A stretch of DNA of 64,000 nucleotides, taken from positions 62,806,001 through 62,870,000 of the forward strand of contig OZ287754.1 of the NCBI GenBank assembly GCA_965649765.1, written 5' to 3'. The notes below the pieces were generated by a model. The model was not told the DNA's origin, ran no database searches, and was given only the letters and a program-made list of their open reading frames with translations. A program made the translations under genes and the position numbers. This document shows positions 23,596-37,539 of this stretch, piece by piece (positions within the stretch are counted from its first letter, which is position 1; each line of letters begins with the position of its first letter). This DNA comes from Bispira polyomma (Eukaryota).

Positions 23596-24860
23596 TATGA
23601 TCATTCCACGCTTCTCAGTTGTCTTCAGACTTGGTTTGGAGTTAGGCGCTCTGTTCTTAAATGGTTCACTTCCTACTTAACTGATCGTTATCAGTCAATA
23701 AAAATTGGCTCTAATCTGTCCGATCTTTGTAAACTCTTGTTTGGTGTTCCTCAAGGTTCTGTTTTGGGCCCTCTGTTGTTCTCATTATACACTGCCCCTC
23801 TCAGATTGGTTATTGGCAAATACACAGGAATAAAGTTTCATTTTTATGCAGATGATACCCAAATTTATGTGCACCATAAAAACACATCTACTGCCTTGGA
23901 ACAGTTGAACAGGTGCCTTGACGATGTGAAAGAGTGGATGTCAGCTGGTAAACTCAAACTTAATCCCGACAAGACTGAGTTCATAATCTTTGGCTCAAAA
24001 CAACAGAGGGATAAGTTGAAAGCATTGTTTCCAGTTGACATCCTGGGTAGCCCTTTCAGTACAGCTGATTCTGTCAAGAACCTGGGTGTATGGTTTAACT
24101 CTGACTTTTTGTTTTCTAAACACATTCAGAGTGTCTGCAAAAGCTGTTTTGTGCAACTCCGTGACTTTAGACGTGTCAGACGGTTTCTCACTTATGATGC
24201 TTCTATACTTGTGGCCAATGCTTTTGTCAGTAGTAGACTGGATTACTGCAATTCACTTTTCAGTAGTCTCTCAAAGTTTAATTTACGCAAATTACAATGC
24301 ATTCAAAATAGTGCAGCTAGAATTGTGTCAAACACCAGTCGATAGTATAACTCCTGTTCTTAAGAAATTGCATTGGCTCCCTGTTGAATAGCGTTCAGTG
24401 TTTAAGACAGCTACACTTGTTTATAAGTTTCTCCACACTGGGTTTCCAAAGTATTTTGCCCCATATCTTTCCACTTACAGTAGTTCCTACAATACCAGAC
24501 GTAGTCAGAGTGGTAGTAATTTCCTTGTTGTTCCGAAGTTCCACCCATCTACTCAAAAGTCGGTTAAACAGTTTGGTCACAGCTTTGCTTTTGATGCTCC
24601 CATTGTTTGGAATGCTCTTCCTGATGTAATTCGTGCTTCCCCCTCACTAGCCTGTTTTAGAAAGAAGCTTAAAACCCACTTGTACACTAAAGCATATCCA
24701 CCTTAGTCTCAATCATCCCCCGGCGCACTCTATGTTGCTGACCCTTTTTCTGTCCCTTGATTTTGGAAATTGGATAACTGTCTTTTGTGCTGGTGCGCCT
24801 TAGAGTCCCCTTTGTTAATGGGAGATTAAGCGCAATAAAAGTCTAATTACAATTATAATT
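23596..24860 (+). mobile_element. 5'-truncated CR1/L2-group LINE (RT C-terminal half + 3' UTR)
   Basis: GVPQGSVLGPLLFSLY, HFYADDTQ, KLNPDKTE, SRLDYCNSL, FRKKLKTHLYTKAYPP; tail GCGCCTTAGAG...TAAGCGCAATAAAA. Confidence 0.95.
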
Positions 24861-26223
24861 CCTATTGTGTATTCATTGAGTAACACACACCACCACCAAA
24901 GTAGGTATATGTATATATATCAATAACATGGCAAGTACTATATTGAAGTATGTACATGTAAATATCATAAATGGTGTAAGTGAATACTGGTTCATATTTG
25001 CGTAAGCTAGGTAGTGGTATTAATGGATTTTACCTTATATTGTCAGACAGGTATACAAATTTAGCTATATTTGGATACGGTGATTCATTCAGGTTTCATT
25101 TTAATGACAATATACAATAAACAATCTTTATATGCTGTACATATTGCCAAAAAACATCAGGCTGTCAACCATATATATATACTTATATTAAAAGACAATG
25201 CCTTATTACGTTCACTTTTAGGAATATATATAGGAAGTGTGGTATAAACCTGTGGGACATTTATTACGTGAGTATAATTGCTATTACATATGACTATGCA
25301 TATGTCTATCTTGTTTTACATGTTTAAATATCAAAGCCGTGATTTTAAGGTTTTCTCTACCAATCTCATTGAATCTGGCGTGATAACAAGAAAATCTTGG
25401 AACTGGATCGAAATGGGTTATGGTGTGAAATTAGGGTCGAATGAAAAGTTTGGGCTCTAGTGCTGCAATATTTTTTGGTGTGTGAATTCGGAAAATATTG
25501 TGCTGATATGAGATTTCTGGGTGTGGATGTGTGCCTTATTTTCACAATTGTAGTTAAATATATTTTACTCAGGTCTTTTAGACTTCAAAACGACTTCCTG
25601 TAACAATAATGTCAACTTGTACTCAAGAATTCAATCAGAAAGTCGCTTGCAAAAACCTTAAGGCAGCATGTAGGTATGCGTTGACTTGAAATCTCTGAAA
25701 TCTTTGAAATGTGACCTTCTAAATCTTGGAACTTGGAGATTTGAGATGAGATTAAATCTCAACTCAGTTTTTATTCTCCAATATTTTGAGCTGAGATATT
25801 TATTTAACGCAAGCTTAAAGTTGAGCAAGGCTGTACATTAAATCAACTGTAATACGAATCATGTGACCATGTGACCATATAACAGTAAGTTTGATTGCCC
25901 TGTTGCTATTTTGGACCTGTGCGAATATGTCTAGACTTATGTGTGAGCTCAGAGAATATCTCTGAGGAAAATATCTCTGAGTAAAATTGTATTCGAGAAT
26001 ATCAACATGAGAAAAAACTCAACTGAGCAAAAATCTGAGAGTTGAGCATTAGTCTGATTCTGAACTTAAGAATATGGCCAATGGAAAAAGATAGAATCAT
26101 CAAGAAATCTTTAAATAGCAGTAGTTTACCACAAGTACAGTATTTGTAGGTATTATATTAAAGTTGTAGTAAAGTGAGAAAAGTTGTGCCGTGCTGAAAA
26201 ATAATACACACTTTAGGACACCT

Positions 26224-27009
26224 TGAAATAATCTAGTAATACATACCTTATTGTTGCGGTCACGGGAGCAAGCGCGATAGTAATTACCGGTTGCTTTGAG
26301 GTTGTAACTGGAAAAGACAAAAAGTTTCACTTAACAAATTTATTTAACAAATAAAATAACAATTACAGAATTACAGTCAACCAAGATACTCTTAATGGTT
26401 CATACAATAATACAATAATGAAACCAATCTGACCTGCCCACAGTCCTGTCCACATAAATAACAATTAAACAAGTTTGTCCACTGTATCCAGCAATCTGTC
26501 TTGAAATCCGCTCGGTGTCCACACAATGCCTGTATCCTGTTATCTGTTCGGTGTCCACAAACACAAAATGTATATATCCAGAGAGTCTGCACAACTAAGC
26601 TATCCAACCCAGGATGCAAACAATATCCAATATGCAGTAAATCCAATCTCTGGTAGATCCACAACTTTTTATCTAGTTCACTCCAATGAGTTCACCACAA
26701 AAACATATATAGTAATCAGTTTATATCCACAGGAAAAGAAATAAAATGTTTCATAGTATAGCAGTTCATATAGCAGACCAACTCAATAATCTCTGGTCTG
26801 TGGCCAGGCTGTCAACCCTTATATATACAACTGCTACAGAAGGTTGCTAGAATATGTGAACAATTGCTAGAATGTTCCAGATTGAGATGTAAACAAATAA
26901 GGACAGCTTCAATAACAACAGAAACAAAATAGAAACAGCTTCCAGAAGCTTAGGGGTTTCCCTAAATCTATAAATAGATCACTCTAGCAGAGTGCTTTAA
27001 CATACCACA
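26224..27009 (-). mobile_element. Probable solo LTR
   Basis: Minus strand TGTGGTAT...TTATTTCA ends, TATA-like TATATATAAGGG ~26816-26827, AATAAA ~26340; no clean TSD. Confidence 0.45.
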
Positions 27010-27249
27010 ATGTCCTCATATGTAACACTTATTTTCCAATACACACAGAGTAAATGGATGCTTTAAGGAGGGATAGAATTCTGCAGAGGGTAAATGAGAT
27101 TGAGCAAACGTTGGCACACCCTCTGCAGACTGAAAAGGACAGGGATGATACAGTAAGTACAGTACTTTTTAAATTTGAATTTTGTTTGGTTTTACATCAC
27201 TTTGAACAGTAAATGTTGTACAGTGCCCTACCATTCGACCTTGAATGAG

Positions 27250-29300
27250 CTATGTTTAAACTAGTCAGTAAAAGAGTCAGATGGGGATATTAGTTTTAAT
27301 GGATCTAAATTAATCACTAATACTTATTTACATACTAGATGGTAGGGCCACCCTAGCACCGTTAGTTTTGAAAAGTAAAGGTGACCAGAATGATTTAAAG
27401 TTAGAGTAGCCTTAGTTTCTGAAGGTTGCTACATTAGGCTAATGTTTAAGTTTGAGGTAACCTTCGATGTTGATCAGGTTAGTGTGATTTATTGAATATT
27501 TATGTATCTATTATATTTGTAATATTGTATGTAAATATAGACTATAAATATACATAAAGCCCAATTAGGTAGTAGAGTTGGAAAGGAGGGCCTTGAAAGC
27601 CAACACCACTTGTTAAGTTGATTGTGGTCTTGGACAATGTACTTCCACACACAGTCTGACGTCCGGGTGCTATGACTCTGTATGCCCTGAATGGGCATGT
27701 TACTATTGAACGCTAGAGTGATCTCTGAACACCGGAAGGAGTGGAAGGTAATATTTGAATGCCGTAACTCGAGGTGGTGCAATATCTGGGTCAAATTAGC
27801 CCGAACCCTTTTTTGATTGGAATAAGGGGGTGTCTCCAAGCCCCGGGGTGATGGCTAACGAGGCCCTAGTAACTGCCACTGGGCAGATATTGAAACCATT
27901 TAATCTTTAATACTTTAGCCACATTTTTTGATTGAAGGGTTTTAGTCCATTTAAAAATGATGTGGAGACCAGGAGGTGCGAACAAGACTTCACCTCAAGC
28001 CAGTCGAACAACGGTGAAAATTGTGTGACTGCATGAGGGACTAAATTTGATATTCTTAAAATGGAGAAAGGGCTTACTAGATAAAGTGCCTTAAATACCT
28101 AGCCCATATACATGATGTTTTACACTTGCATCATCTGAGTGAGTAAAGGCATATCAATAATGGCTTTGATACGAGCCCTGAAGGGGCCATAAAGCAGTAG
28201 GTATATGTTTATAAACCTTGAAAATCTGGCACTGTACTGCTGCAGTGTCTTTTTCGTTCTTTTTACCACGTTATTTCTACAATCCTTAGCGAGATGTGGG
28301 TAATAACGACTTTGAGTTTCCTTTAGTATCATGATCCCCTTTCTGGGGGCAAGTACCTTTCTGGTAGTATCTACAAGGGGTGACTTTTTAATGACTAGTA
28401 TGGGTGTTATTGGAAGTTTGAGTGGAATTCATTACTCTTTGGGCGTAAGCTCTTCTAGCCCTGTCTATTTTATGAAAGTCTCCTATGTGCTTTTTACTCT
28501 TCCATTTTGCATAATAAAATCGCATGACTGCTTTTAGCCGATGACCAGGAAAAGTCAGGGAAGTCCTTCATCAGATCAGATAAATACTAACATTTGGTTT
28601 GTACAGTCAGTATTACTCTCTTCTCTGATAATGCTGTTAGAACCAGCGAACCACTGGGCCATGGATAGTGAATCTTACAAAACCCTTGACTTATTATGGC
28701 CCCCTAATATGAAACTCTGAGGACACAGGACTCTTTGCTTTACCCACACAGTATCTGTGCCCCCTCTCTGGGACTTGGGCATACTCGACTCGTTGATTGC
28801 CACTAATTCTTTGAGCTGTGTATCAACTGTCGCCTGTGTGCTTGGAGATGACTATAGTGTTTGCAAGGTGAGCACTAGAAGGTTCTTCTGCTCCTGGAGC
28901 GGAGGTGTACCGTAAAGGGCTTTATGGTCGCTGTGGTTTACCTGCTGTCCAGCCTTGGTCATATGGTCACTTAGCTTTCGTAATTATGTCAATGTTTGAA
29001 CATTAATGTCAGCAGGACTTTGACTTCCACTAGCCTGAGCAGAGTTCAGCACCTCAATCTTCGCAGCATTAAACTAGACTGCCACAATTATCATTGATTG
29101 GTTTTTAATGCTTATTTCCACAATTATCGCAGTCATAAGTTTTACGTGGAGCCATATCCGAATTATATAATCAGAACTCTGTGCTTTGGTACTTGCGAAT
29201 ATATGATAATGAAACAGATTTATGTATTTGAATAGTACAGTAGTTTATTGTAAAATTGTTTAAATATAAATACAAAATGACATTCCTTTACCAAAGCTAA
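27250..29300 (-). mobile_element. Internally deleted YR retrotransposon (gag + YR C-terminal part, RT/RH missing)
   Basis: gag KSQRG, PQSFILGG.NKSRV, AQWFAG, FSWSSAKSSHAILLCKMEE (28500-28900); YR LRISNLVPH, KWTKT, FHSFR.S..TLAF, SDCVWKY (27600-28200). Ends approximate. Confidence 0.8.
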
Positions 29301-30894
29301 AATGAATATATATATGCAAGACTCAAAGTATGAGTTATAAACAAAGCAGAACAGTCGTGACTTTGTCGGTAGTATGTGACACATCTAGATGAATTATTCG
29401 GTGCACTGTATAATGTCATCCAATATATAGTTTACAATCCTTGAGGGAAATTAAAATGTCACAATTTAAATATTTAAAGATGGTGTTGTTGCCTATTTGA
29501 CTTCAATGTACAAAGTTGTAGCCCCACAAAATTGGCGTAAAAATTAGGGTTAATTAGTACAAAGTTTACCAATTAGAGTGGGATCAGAAGCAATGACCCC
29601 AGGACTAAGTCAATAGAAATACTGGTAGCACTGAAGTAACCATCCCCCGGGATGCTACCCCGCAATATATCGCACAAGGTAAAGAACTGGTGCTGAAGCA
29701 CATGAGATGTACCTCACAAACTTTATAACATGAAGGAAGTAACATAATAAATAATAATTCGAACTCACATTGGTGAGAGGCCAGGAATAGCTGAATCTGG
29801 AGTTTGAAAGTTATTGCTGTAGTTCTATATAGTGATAACATTATATTTCAGCTCTGTGTGGTTCAAAGTCAGATAAAGCAACTCCAACATGCGCTACAAC
29901 AAGATACATGGACATCTCAGGCACAAGTGTCTACCAAAGACAGCTCGAGGGGAATACTGAAGGATACTCAAGTCACAGTATGTGTCAGTTTATCATTACT
30001 AGCCTTTGTCATCAGTTCTATTATATCCATTCATGAACTGCTGAGTCATGAGCTTTCTTAATCGGTGTCCCGATGTCATAGAGTAATCTCCTAGTTAAGC
30101 TTAGATCTCTTGAAAACTTTCTGGGTTCAGGAAAAAATTTAAAACTTATATACCTTATTTTCCTCTGTGTACACACATCCATTTTACGACCAGACTATTA
30201 TTTTTGGACTGCTCCATTGGCTAATAATACAATAATTGGAGTGTAGTAAATATTTTAATTCAGTGGTGTTTTTTTGTTCAACTGACTTTGTCCACCATAT
30301 CGTGCACTAATTCATATTTTTAACTGGGATATGACAAGGGTGTGAAATATCATATACATTTTTTTACGTTAAAGAAGCGTCTCACCTAAAACAGTATGCC
30401 ACAAGGCAACTAAAACTAAACTATGACATGCACCTCCAAACTAATGTCGGTGTCACACATGTACAGTGAAATCATTTTTAGAATAATAGCATTATATCAC
30501 AAATGAGTGGATAATTGTTGTTAGTTTATAACGTGCATTGCTATCTAGTTTTGGTAAGATTTCTAGGGCATTCGTTTAACTAAAAATCTTTATACATTTT
30601 AAATTTCAATGTTCATCTATGTTATCTGCTTGTTTTTGTATTTCAGAAATCATTTGTCAATTGGAAGGTTGGTATATCTCAACTTACTGTATTATTCCCA
30701 AAGCCATTGAACTGTGATTTAAAAAAATGCTCATTTGTATAGATTTTCAAATTTAGTGTCTATTAATGTACCACACCCATTGAGAAGTGTGAGATCAAAT
30801 ATGTGTACTGTGTTCTTAGGCCTGTGAATGTGGTGAAAGTGACTGTCCACCTTGTCAAGCCGAGAGGGAAGCAATCAATTCTGCCTCCACTTGG

Positions 30895-32510
30895 ATGACT
30901 ACCCATCATTACTTTGAATTGGATGGTTATGATGACCACCATCGTGTAACAAAAAATCAGAAGGGGAATGACATCAACAAAGGATCGAAGTTTAACAGTC
31001 AGTTCAACAATGAAAGTGGTATCATACAAGGAAGCAGTGGTGGGGATCCAGTGGCTACCAACAAAGATTTAGTTGATACTGAACATTTTCTTGATGTGAA
31101 AGAAATGGATAATGCTGCATGCCCACCAGATGCGGATAGGTTTGATGCCACAGAATCAGAAATCATAGATTTGCACTGCATCTCTTTCCGGGAGGCGATT
31201 GACCAGCAAGAAACTGTGACACCCACTGACCAGCAACACAAATGTACCAGCGAAGCAAGGCAGAAGAGAGTTAGATTTAAACTTCCAGATTCAGATAATG
31301 CAGTAAAGGAACATATAAATGAAGAAAAAACCGATGGTATGCATATAATTATGTATTTATTATAAAGCAAAACATCTATTATCCAGATACCAAACATTTT
31401 AAGACAACCATGTTTCTTAAACATATAATATTATTATTATGAATTTTAATGCACTTTATTGATGCTAGGCATCTTCTAAAGAACAACAGCAGAATCATTG
31501 ATTCAATCGTAATGTCCATTGGCATAGCAATGTCATAAGCAATGATGTGGGGGCATACGGAAGAACTCTCGATCCCGCCTTCACAATGGGTCTGACCCAA
31601 AAAAACAGGATGTTTGTCTCTCCTACGTTTACTGAAAATGAGAAGGGACGCAAGGTAGGAGTGACTACAGCCTTAAAAGTGGTAACGTGAATTTTAAACA
31701 AAATTTGAGAGTGAATGGCCAGTTAGTGTAATTTTTTGAGGTAAGGAGTGACATCTATGCGACCACCCAGGCGAAAAATCATCCTGCATCGAATAGATAC
31801 ATGAAGTTTTGATAACGTAGGTTTCACAGTATTGGTTTAGTTAGTATTACACATCAAATAGATTAACATACATGTGAGAATATTCACCAAGAATGTTTAC
31901 AAGTGTACACTATATATTTATTTAGAATGCAATTTCAAATATACATTATATATTGCAGAGCATTAGTGAAAAGGAAGAAAGAGTGAGGCTGACAGTTGAT
32001 CACAGAGACAGAGAAGGTAGGCCTGCAATGCAGCAGCGTGTGCTACTCTTTATGGCAGGAACAGGAGAAATGAGGTGCATTTCTTTTAAATAGAATACAA
32101 CCATAAATGTTTTTTGCAGCTTAGGAGCATCATATGAGATAGTATTTGCAGTTTAGGAGCATCACATGAGAAACTATTGTTAATGTCTTGAAAAATGAAT
32201 AAAGTTCCCAATATTCAGTATTAGAAAACCACTACATCTATATACATACAATGAATATTTTTGTAGCCAGTCATATTTTGCTATACAGTGCATAATATGC
32301 ATAGGGGTGCAATATGAACATACCTAAAACAATGTCTCATTTATATTTTTTCCGTATGAATGTTTGCATTAATTAACTATTTTATTTACAATAAACAATT
32401 ACAATATTATATCATACCAACCATTTTGGTATTATTATTGTTTAGATTTCTGAGGACCCGAGAATTAAAACAAATTTTGTATCTCAGGGACCTAATCACT
32501 GGCTAAAGGG
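30895..32510 (+). pseudogene. Decayed upstream exon-like segments of the VTD-like gene
   Basis: Acidic ORF 30895-31336 ending at G|GTATGC; exon-like blocks ~31469-31740 (AG|GTAAGG), 31959-32074 and ~32446-32510; several TGA stops and inconsistent phases. Confidence 0.35.
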
Positions 32511-32723
32511 GTTTGGGAAATCTTATTAAGACAAAATATTTGCAGCATGTATGATCTATACCACTTGTTTTTGCATATTGTGCATAGATAACTGTAACTA
32601 TTAATTATATCATCAGCTGCACCATATACATTATGTATTTAATATATTTGTATTTTGCTTAGCCCCTAAAACAAACATTTTACTGAGAGAAATGATATAT
32701 TCTCAAACTTTTTCTATTTTCAG

Positions 32724-33447
32724 AAGTACAGGTGTAATTTGTCTTCAGCAAACTCCACGGAAAGTGTCTTGTCTCGTGGACTCCACTAACAGTCAAACGG
32801 GCATTAATTCCAAGTGCATCATACGAATGCATCAGCTTTTGTCCACAGCTGGTTTTGGCAGAGAACATTTCCATTTTGCATGTGGGGTTGTTGTTCTACT
32901 ATTTGCGGAGAAAATGGTTAAGGTCCCCCAGGCACAGTTGCACCTGATGATAAACCGTCAGGACTGTTTATCCACTGATGTATACCAGATGGTTGTATGG
33001 TCCCTATCAGAAGGGACTGATACATACGCCTCAAAATATGGGGCGACACAGAAGAAGTTGGGGGTCCAGGATATCATCTTCTTAAATAGCCACCTGGAGG
33101 TTAAACTGAAAGAAGAAAAACAGGTACAGTATTTGGCTACTGAAGCTTTCATTGACAGCCTTATGAATTTACAAGTTGGACAAATTCTTCTACTTCTTCG
33201 CATGGAGGAGGATTACAAAGTGTTAAGCGCCATTCGCGGCCAGACGAACAATGACTTAGTAATATTTGACTGCCACCCCCACACTATAGTGGAGGAATCT
33301 GCCAGCTATGAGAAGACAGAGTATGGAGCTTTCATATATCACATTCTGAAAAATGACTTAAATAGTGTGAAAGAAACCCTGAGGTATCTGGAAAAGTTTA
33401 GTGGGAAATTAAAAGGTACATGCATACTTGCAGTTATTGAGACTTAA
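32724..33447 (+). CDS. Terminal exon encoding viral-tegument-like (VTD / peptidase C76-like) deubiquitinase domain
   Basis: Strong acceptor TTTTCTATTTTCAG at 32723; ~240 open codons with HQ...FACGVVVL and LVIFDCHPH...YGAFI motifs; AATAAA at ~33716. Confidence 0.65.
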
Positions 33448-34139
33448 AACGTTGGGCTACCAATTACAAACCATTGAACCAACTGGACAATATGATGTGG
33501 TCTGACACTTGTATCTGTTACTACTCTGTTTAAATTTTAAAATTTTGTGATGTTAGGTTTGTAAATATGTATGCTGAACTCTAAATATAATCTCTTTGTG
33601 ACACCACTTGTAAAGCATGTGTATGCTATAATAATGTAACATATCTATTTGTATATATTACTGACTATCTTGAAGTGTATACAGGTTAATAGAAGTTTTT
33701 TATCAAATATTTTACAATAAAAGTTTTGTCAATTAGTAGATGAAATACTTTTGTGTCGATTTACCACATTCTAGGCTTTATTATTGCATCTGAAAAAAAA
33801 ATGTAAATTATATATTAAGCATTGAACATCTGGTTTAATCCACTATTCCAGGTCAATCCAAATTTGCTGCAATGAATTGCAAAAAGTTTGTGATTAGTAA
33901 CATTGATAATACAAATCATTGAAATAAGTAATCATACTTATAATAGAATACATATTTTGGAATTTGGTTTGGTTATTAGTTTTTTTTCAGGACGTTTGTA
34001 TGAATCTAGTTTATGACTTTAAACAATAAGAAACATAACACAAGTTAACAATAAAATTAAAACAATCTATTTGAGTGAAGCAAATGAAACTGGAAACATC
34101 AGGAAAATTCACCAGTCAATATGGATTGGAAAGTCTATA

Positions 34140-37100
34140 TGTATTTAATGTTCAAATACCCATGCTAAGAGTTATTTTCATGACACAGGCATCTTCTGTG
34201 GCGCATATCCTAGTAAGAATGCAAGAGCATAGTCCGGCAAACGGGAAAAGGTTTGTGATCAGAGAATCAGTCGTGACCATCGGACGCAAGCTAGGGTGGA
34301 AAAGCGAGCTGATACAGATGTGTTTTGAGTCTTTTTCTGAAACCCATGATGCTCGTCTCAGTCTGAAGACTGGTAGGGAGGCTATTCCACCCATCAGGTG
34401 CTGCAACTAAGAATGATTTTGAACCAGCTTGTTTTTTTGGTAGGAAACCAGAGGTGGAGAGACGATTGCCTCTGGTGAGATTGCTGAGAGACAGCATAAA
34501 TGATAAGTAGGCAGGTTGATGTACATGGACTGTCTTAAAAATGAGGACAATTACCATAAATTTAATACAAAACTCAATAGGTAACCAATGTAATTGTTTC
34601 AGCAGGGGAGTAGTGTGAGTACGAGGGCCAGCATGGCTTACTATTCTGCACAGGTTATTTTGTATTTTCTGTAGCTTGTTTATTTGGCCCTTTCCAATTC
34701 CATACAGTAGTGAGTTACAGTAATCTAGTCGACTTGATTCCAGGTCATTTGCCACTGCAATGGCATTTTCTTGGGTTAAATGTCGTCGAATCCTGCGATA
34801 GTCATGGATGTTGCCGTAGCAGGAGCGACAGATATTGGAGACATGTTTTTTGAAGGAGAAGTCAGAATCAAAAGTAATTCCTAGGTTTTTCGCACTATCA
34901 GCAGGAACAGTGGTGCTACCAAGGAGAGTAGCAGGAAAGAAATCCAGAACTTTTTCCCTCTGATGTTTGGATCCAATGAGTAGGAATTCTGTTTTGTCAG
35001 GGTTGAGTTTCAATTTTGAATTACTCATCCAAGATTCTATCGAAGACTGGCAACTAGAAAGCTGTTCAAGGATCGGAGAACAATTTTTGGGAGTAAGGGA
35101 GCAGTAGATCTGTGTGTCATCTGCATAGAAGTGATAGCTAATATTGTGGTGTGAGGATACTATACTTGCAAGGGAAGTAGTGTACAGTGAAAACAGAAGG
35201 GGCCCTAGGACAGAACCTTGAGGGACACGGAAAGGGAGATCAAAGGGAGATGACTTTGCTCCATTGACCCTGATGATTTGATCACGGCATTCAAGATAGG
35301 ATTCAATCCATTGAAGTACCGAGTCAGATAGCCCGAACCAAGAATTAAGGCATTCAAAAAGTATCTTGCGGTCAATTGTGTCAAATGCAGCAGACAAATT
35401 GAGGAGGGTAAGGGCAACCAAACCACTCCTATCTAAGATCATATTGATGTCACTGCTAATTTTTAGAAGTGCTGTTTCAGTTGAATGGAACTTTATGTAG
35501 GCTGACTGGTGTGTATTTCCCATATGGTTGGAGTACAGGGGTTCATTTATTTAGAGAGCGACAGCTTTCTCAATCAATTTTGAGACAAAACTTAAATTTG
35601 ATACTGGTCTGTTATTTTTAAGGTTGTTTCTGTCTAGGTTTGGCTTTTTAAGTAACGGGGTCACATTGGCAGCTCTAAACGATTTGGGGAAGCAGCCCCA
35701 AAGTGAATAGTTTATGATGTGTGTGATTGGAGTTAATAGGATATCTATACAATCCTTCAGTAAGGAAGTTGTGATAGGGTCTAGATCACATTGTTTGGAA
35801 GGGGATGAAGTAATGATTTTCAGGACTTCATCTCTGCTGAGTGTTCTGAACTTATTTAAGGTAGCTAGTTTGTATGGTGGAGTTGGGGTGTTGATTGAGG
35901 TGGATGCTTTGAAAGCCATACGGATTTTATCAATCTTCCCAGAGAAAAATTTTTCAAATGCATTTACAGCTTCAATAAAGTTGTTACAGTCCGGTAGAAC
36001 CGGATCTGTAACTTTATGAAGTATCTTCTTCACAGATTGCCAACATTTCCTTGAGTCTGTGCAACTTTTTGAGATGAGAGAATCATAGTGATCTTTCTTA
36101 GCCTTTGACAGGAGCCTGTTGTGATGGTTGACAGCCACTCTGTAGTGTGACCTATCAACCCTGGATTTAGTGTGGCGCCATATTTTCTACAGGAACCGTT
36201 TCCACTTCTTTGCAGTGAGCATTTCTGGGGAGATCCAGCTGCAGTCAGGGTGGGACGACACGTTTTTTTCCCGAAGGGGGGCATGATTGTCTATGATATC
36301 TCCCAGGACAGTTTTGTATTGATCACACAGATCAGTGGCATTAGTATTTGGGTTTTTGAGAAGTTCGGAGGATGCAATGTCACTTTTAAACTTGTCAATA
36401 TTGATTTTAATAATATTTCTAAACTTGATTGTTTTACCGATTGTGTATGTGTCAGGAAATTTGATGTGGAGGCCGACAGTGAAATGGTTAGAAATACCCT
36501 CGGCCACGAATGATTCAACGAAGATGGGGGAGTCTGATTTTGTTATTACCAGGTCTAAAATGCAACCATGAATGTGGGTTGATTTGGTGATGTGTTGGGT
36601 GTCATCAAATCTGGTAAGTAGTTCTGTGAAGTCTGCAGACAAGCTGTCGCTTATGTAAATAGGGATGTTGAAATCACCTGTTATTAATGTCTCAAGAGAT
36701 CTGGTATTAATTATTTCCATGAGATCGGTCCAGTCAGAGGCAAAAGAGAATTTTGAGAGACATGGTGGCCTGTAAACTGTCAAGAGTAATTTTTAGATAG
36801 ATAAATTCAAATGAGGCAAAATAAGGAAGATTGATTTCAGTAACATTGAAGATTTGAAGATCTTTTTCACAAAGACGCCAACTCCACCGCCTCTCCTGTC
36901 TCCACTTGGCTTTTGAAAGAAGTTGTATGCATAGGGGGTAATACTATCCAGAAAAGAGTCTGTGTCATTTTTACCAATCCATGTCTCAGTGATACCTGCT
37001 ATGTCAAGTTTGTTGCTGAGTATACTGTCCACAACTGAGGGGCCCTTGTTCCTGATGGACCTTATATTAAAGGTGCCAATTTTCAAAGAATTTTTAAAAA

Positions 37101-37400
37101 AGCATTTAGGGCCAGGATTTACCTGGATGTCACCAGAATATAAAAACATGTGGAGCTTTGTTTGAGAAAAATGAGTTTTTACTCTGGCAGAGAATGGCCA
37201 CATGCACTTTGGCAAGAGAAAAAATTAAAGAGGGTTGTATCCAGGGTTTATATAGTGACGGCGATTCATCTTCGGCTGTGACAGATCTGATCCAGATAAG
37301 GACCATCACACAAAAAACATGTAGTAGGTGCATAGCTTGAACATATACAAAAGAAGTGATACAGCCTAAAAGATAGAAAAACCAGATTCAAGAAACAGCT
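34140..37400 (-). mobile_element. Near-complete CR1/L2-group LINE ORF2 (2A-like peptide, APE endonuclease, RT), few lesions
   Basis: GDIQVNPGP, FNIRSIRNK, ITETW, RGGGVG, VYRPP, GDFNI, ILDLVIT, NNRPVSNL, HSTETAL, VPQGSVLGP, YADDTQ, FRKRLKTHLY. Confidence 0.96.
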
Positions 37401-37539
37401 CTAGAGCACTGTACGGTAGTTAATATTACTATGTCTAGTTAGTTTACTAGAAGTAGAATTATAACTCTACAAACATTACCAGCCATTACACTGAGCATTG
37501 TGGAACACTCAACTAATTTTCTATGGTCACACTACCTGA

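Noticed and set aside
25700-26080. Possible MITE with CTGAG/CTCAA subrepeats
   Set aside because: Only one plausible terminus found.
29600-30110. Coding-looking segment upstream of the VTD-like gene
   Set aside because: No recognisable motif on either strand and many stops.
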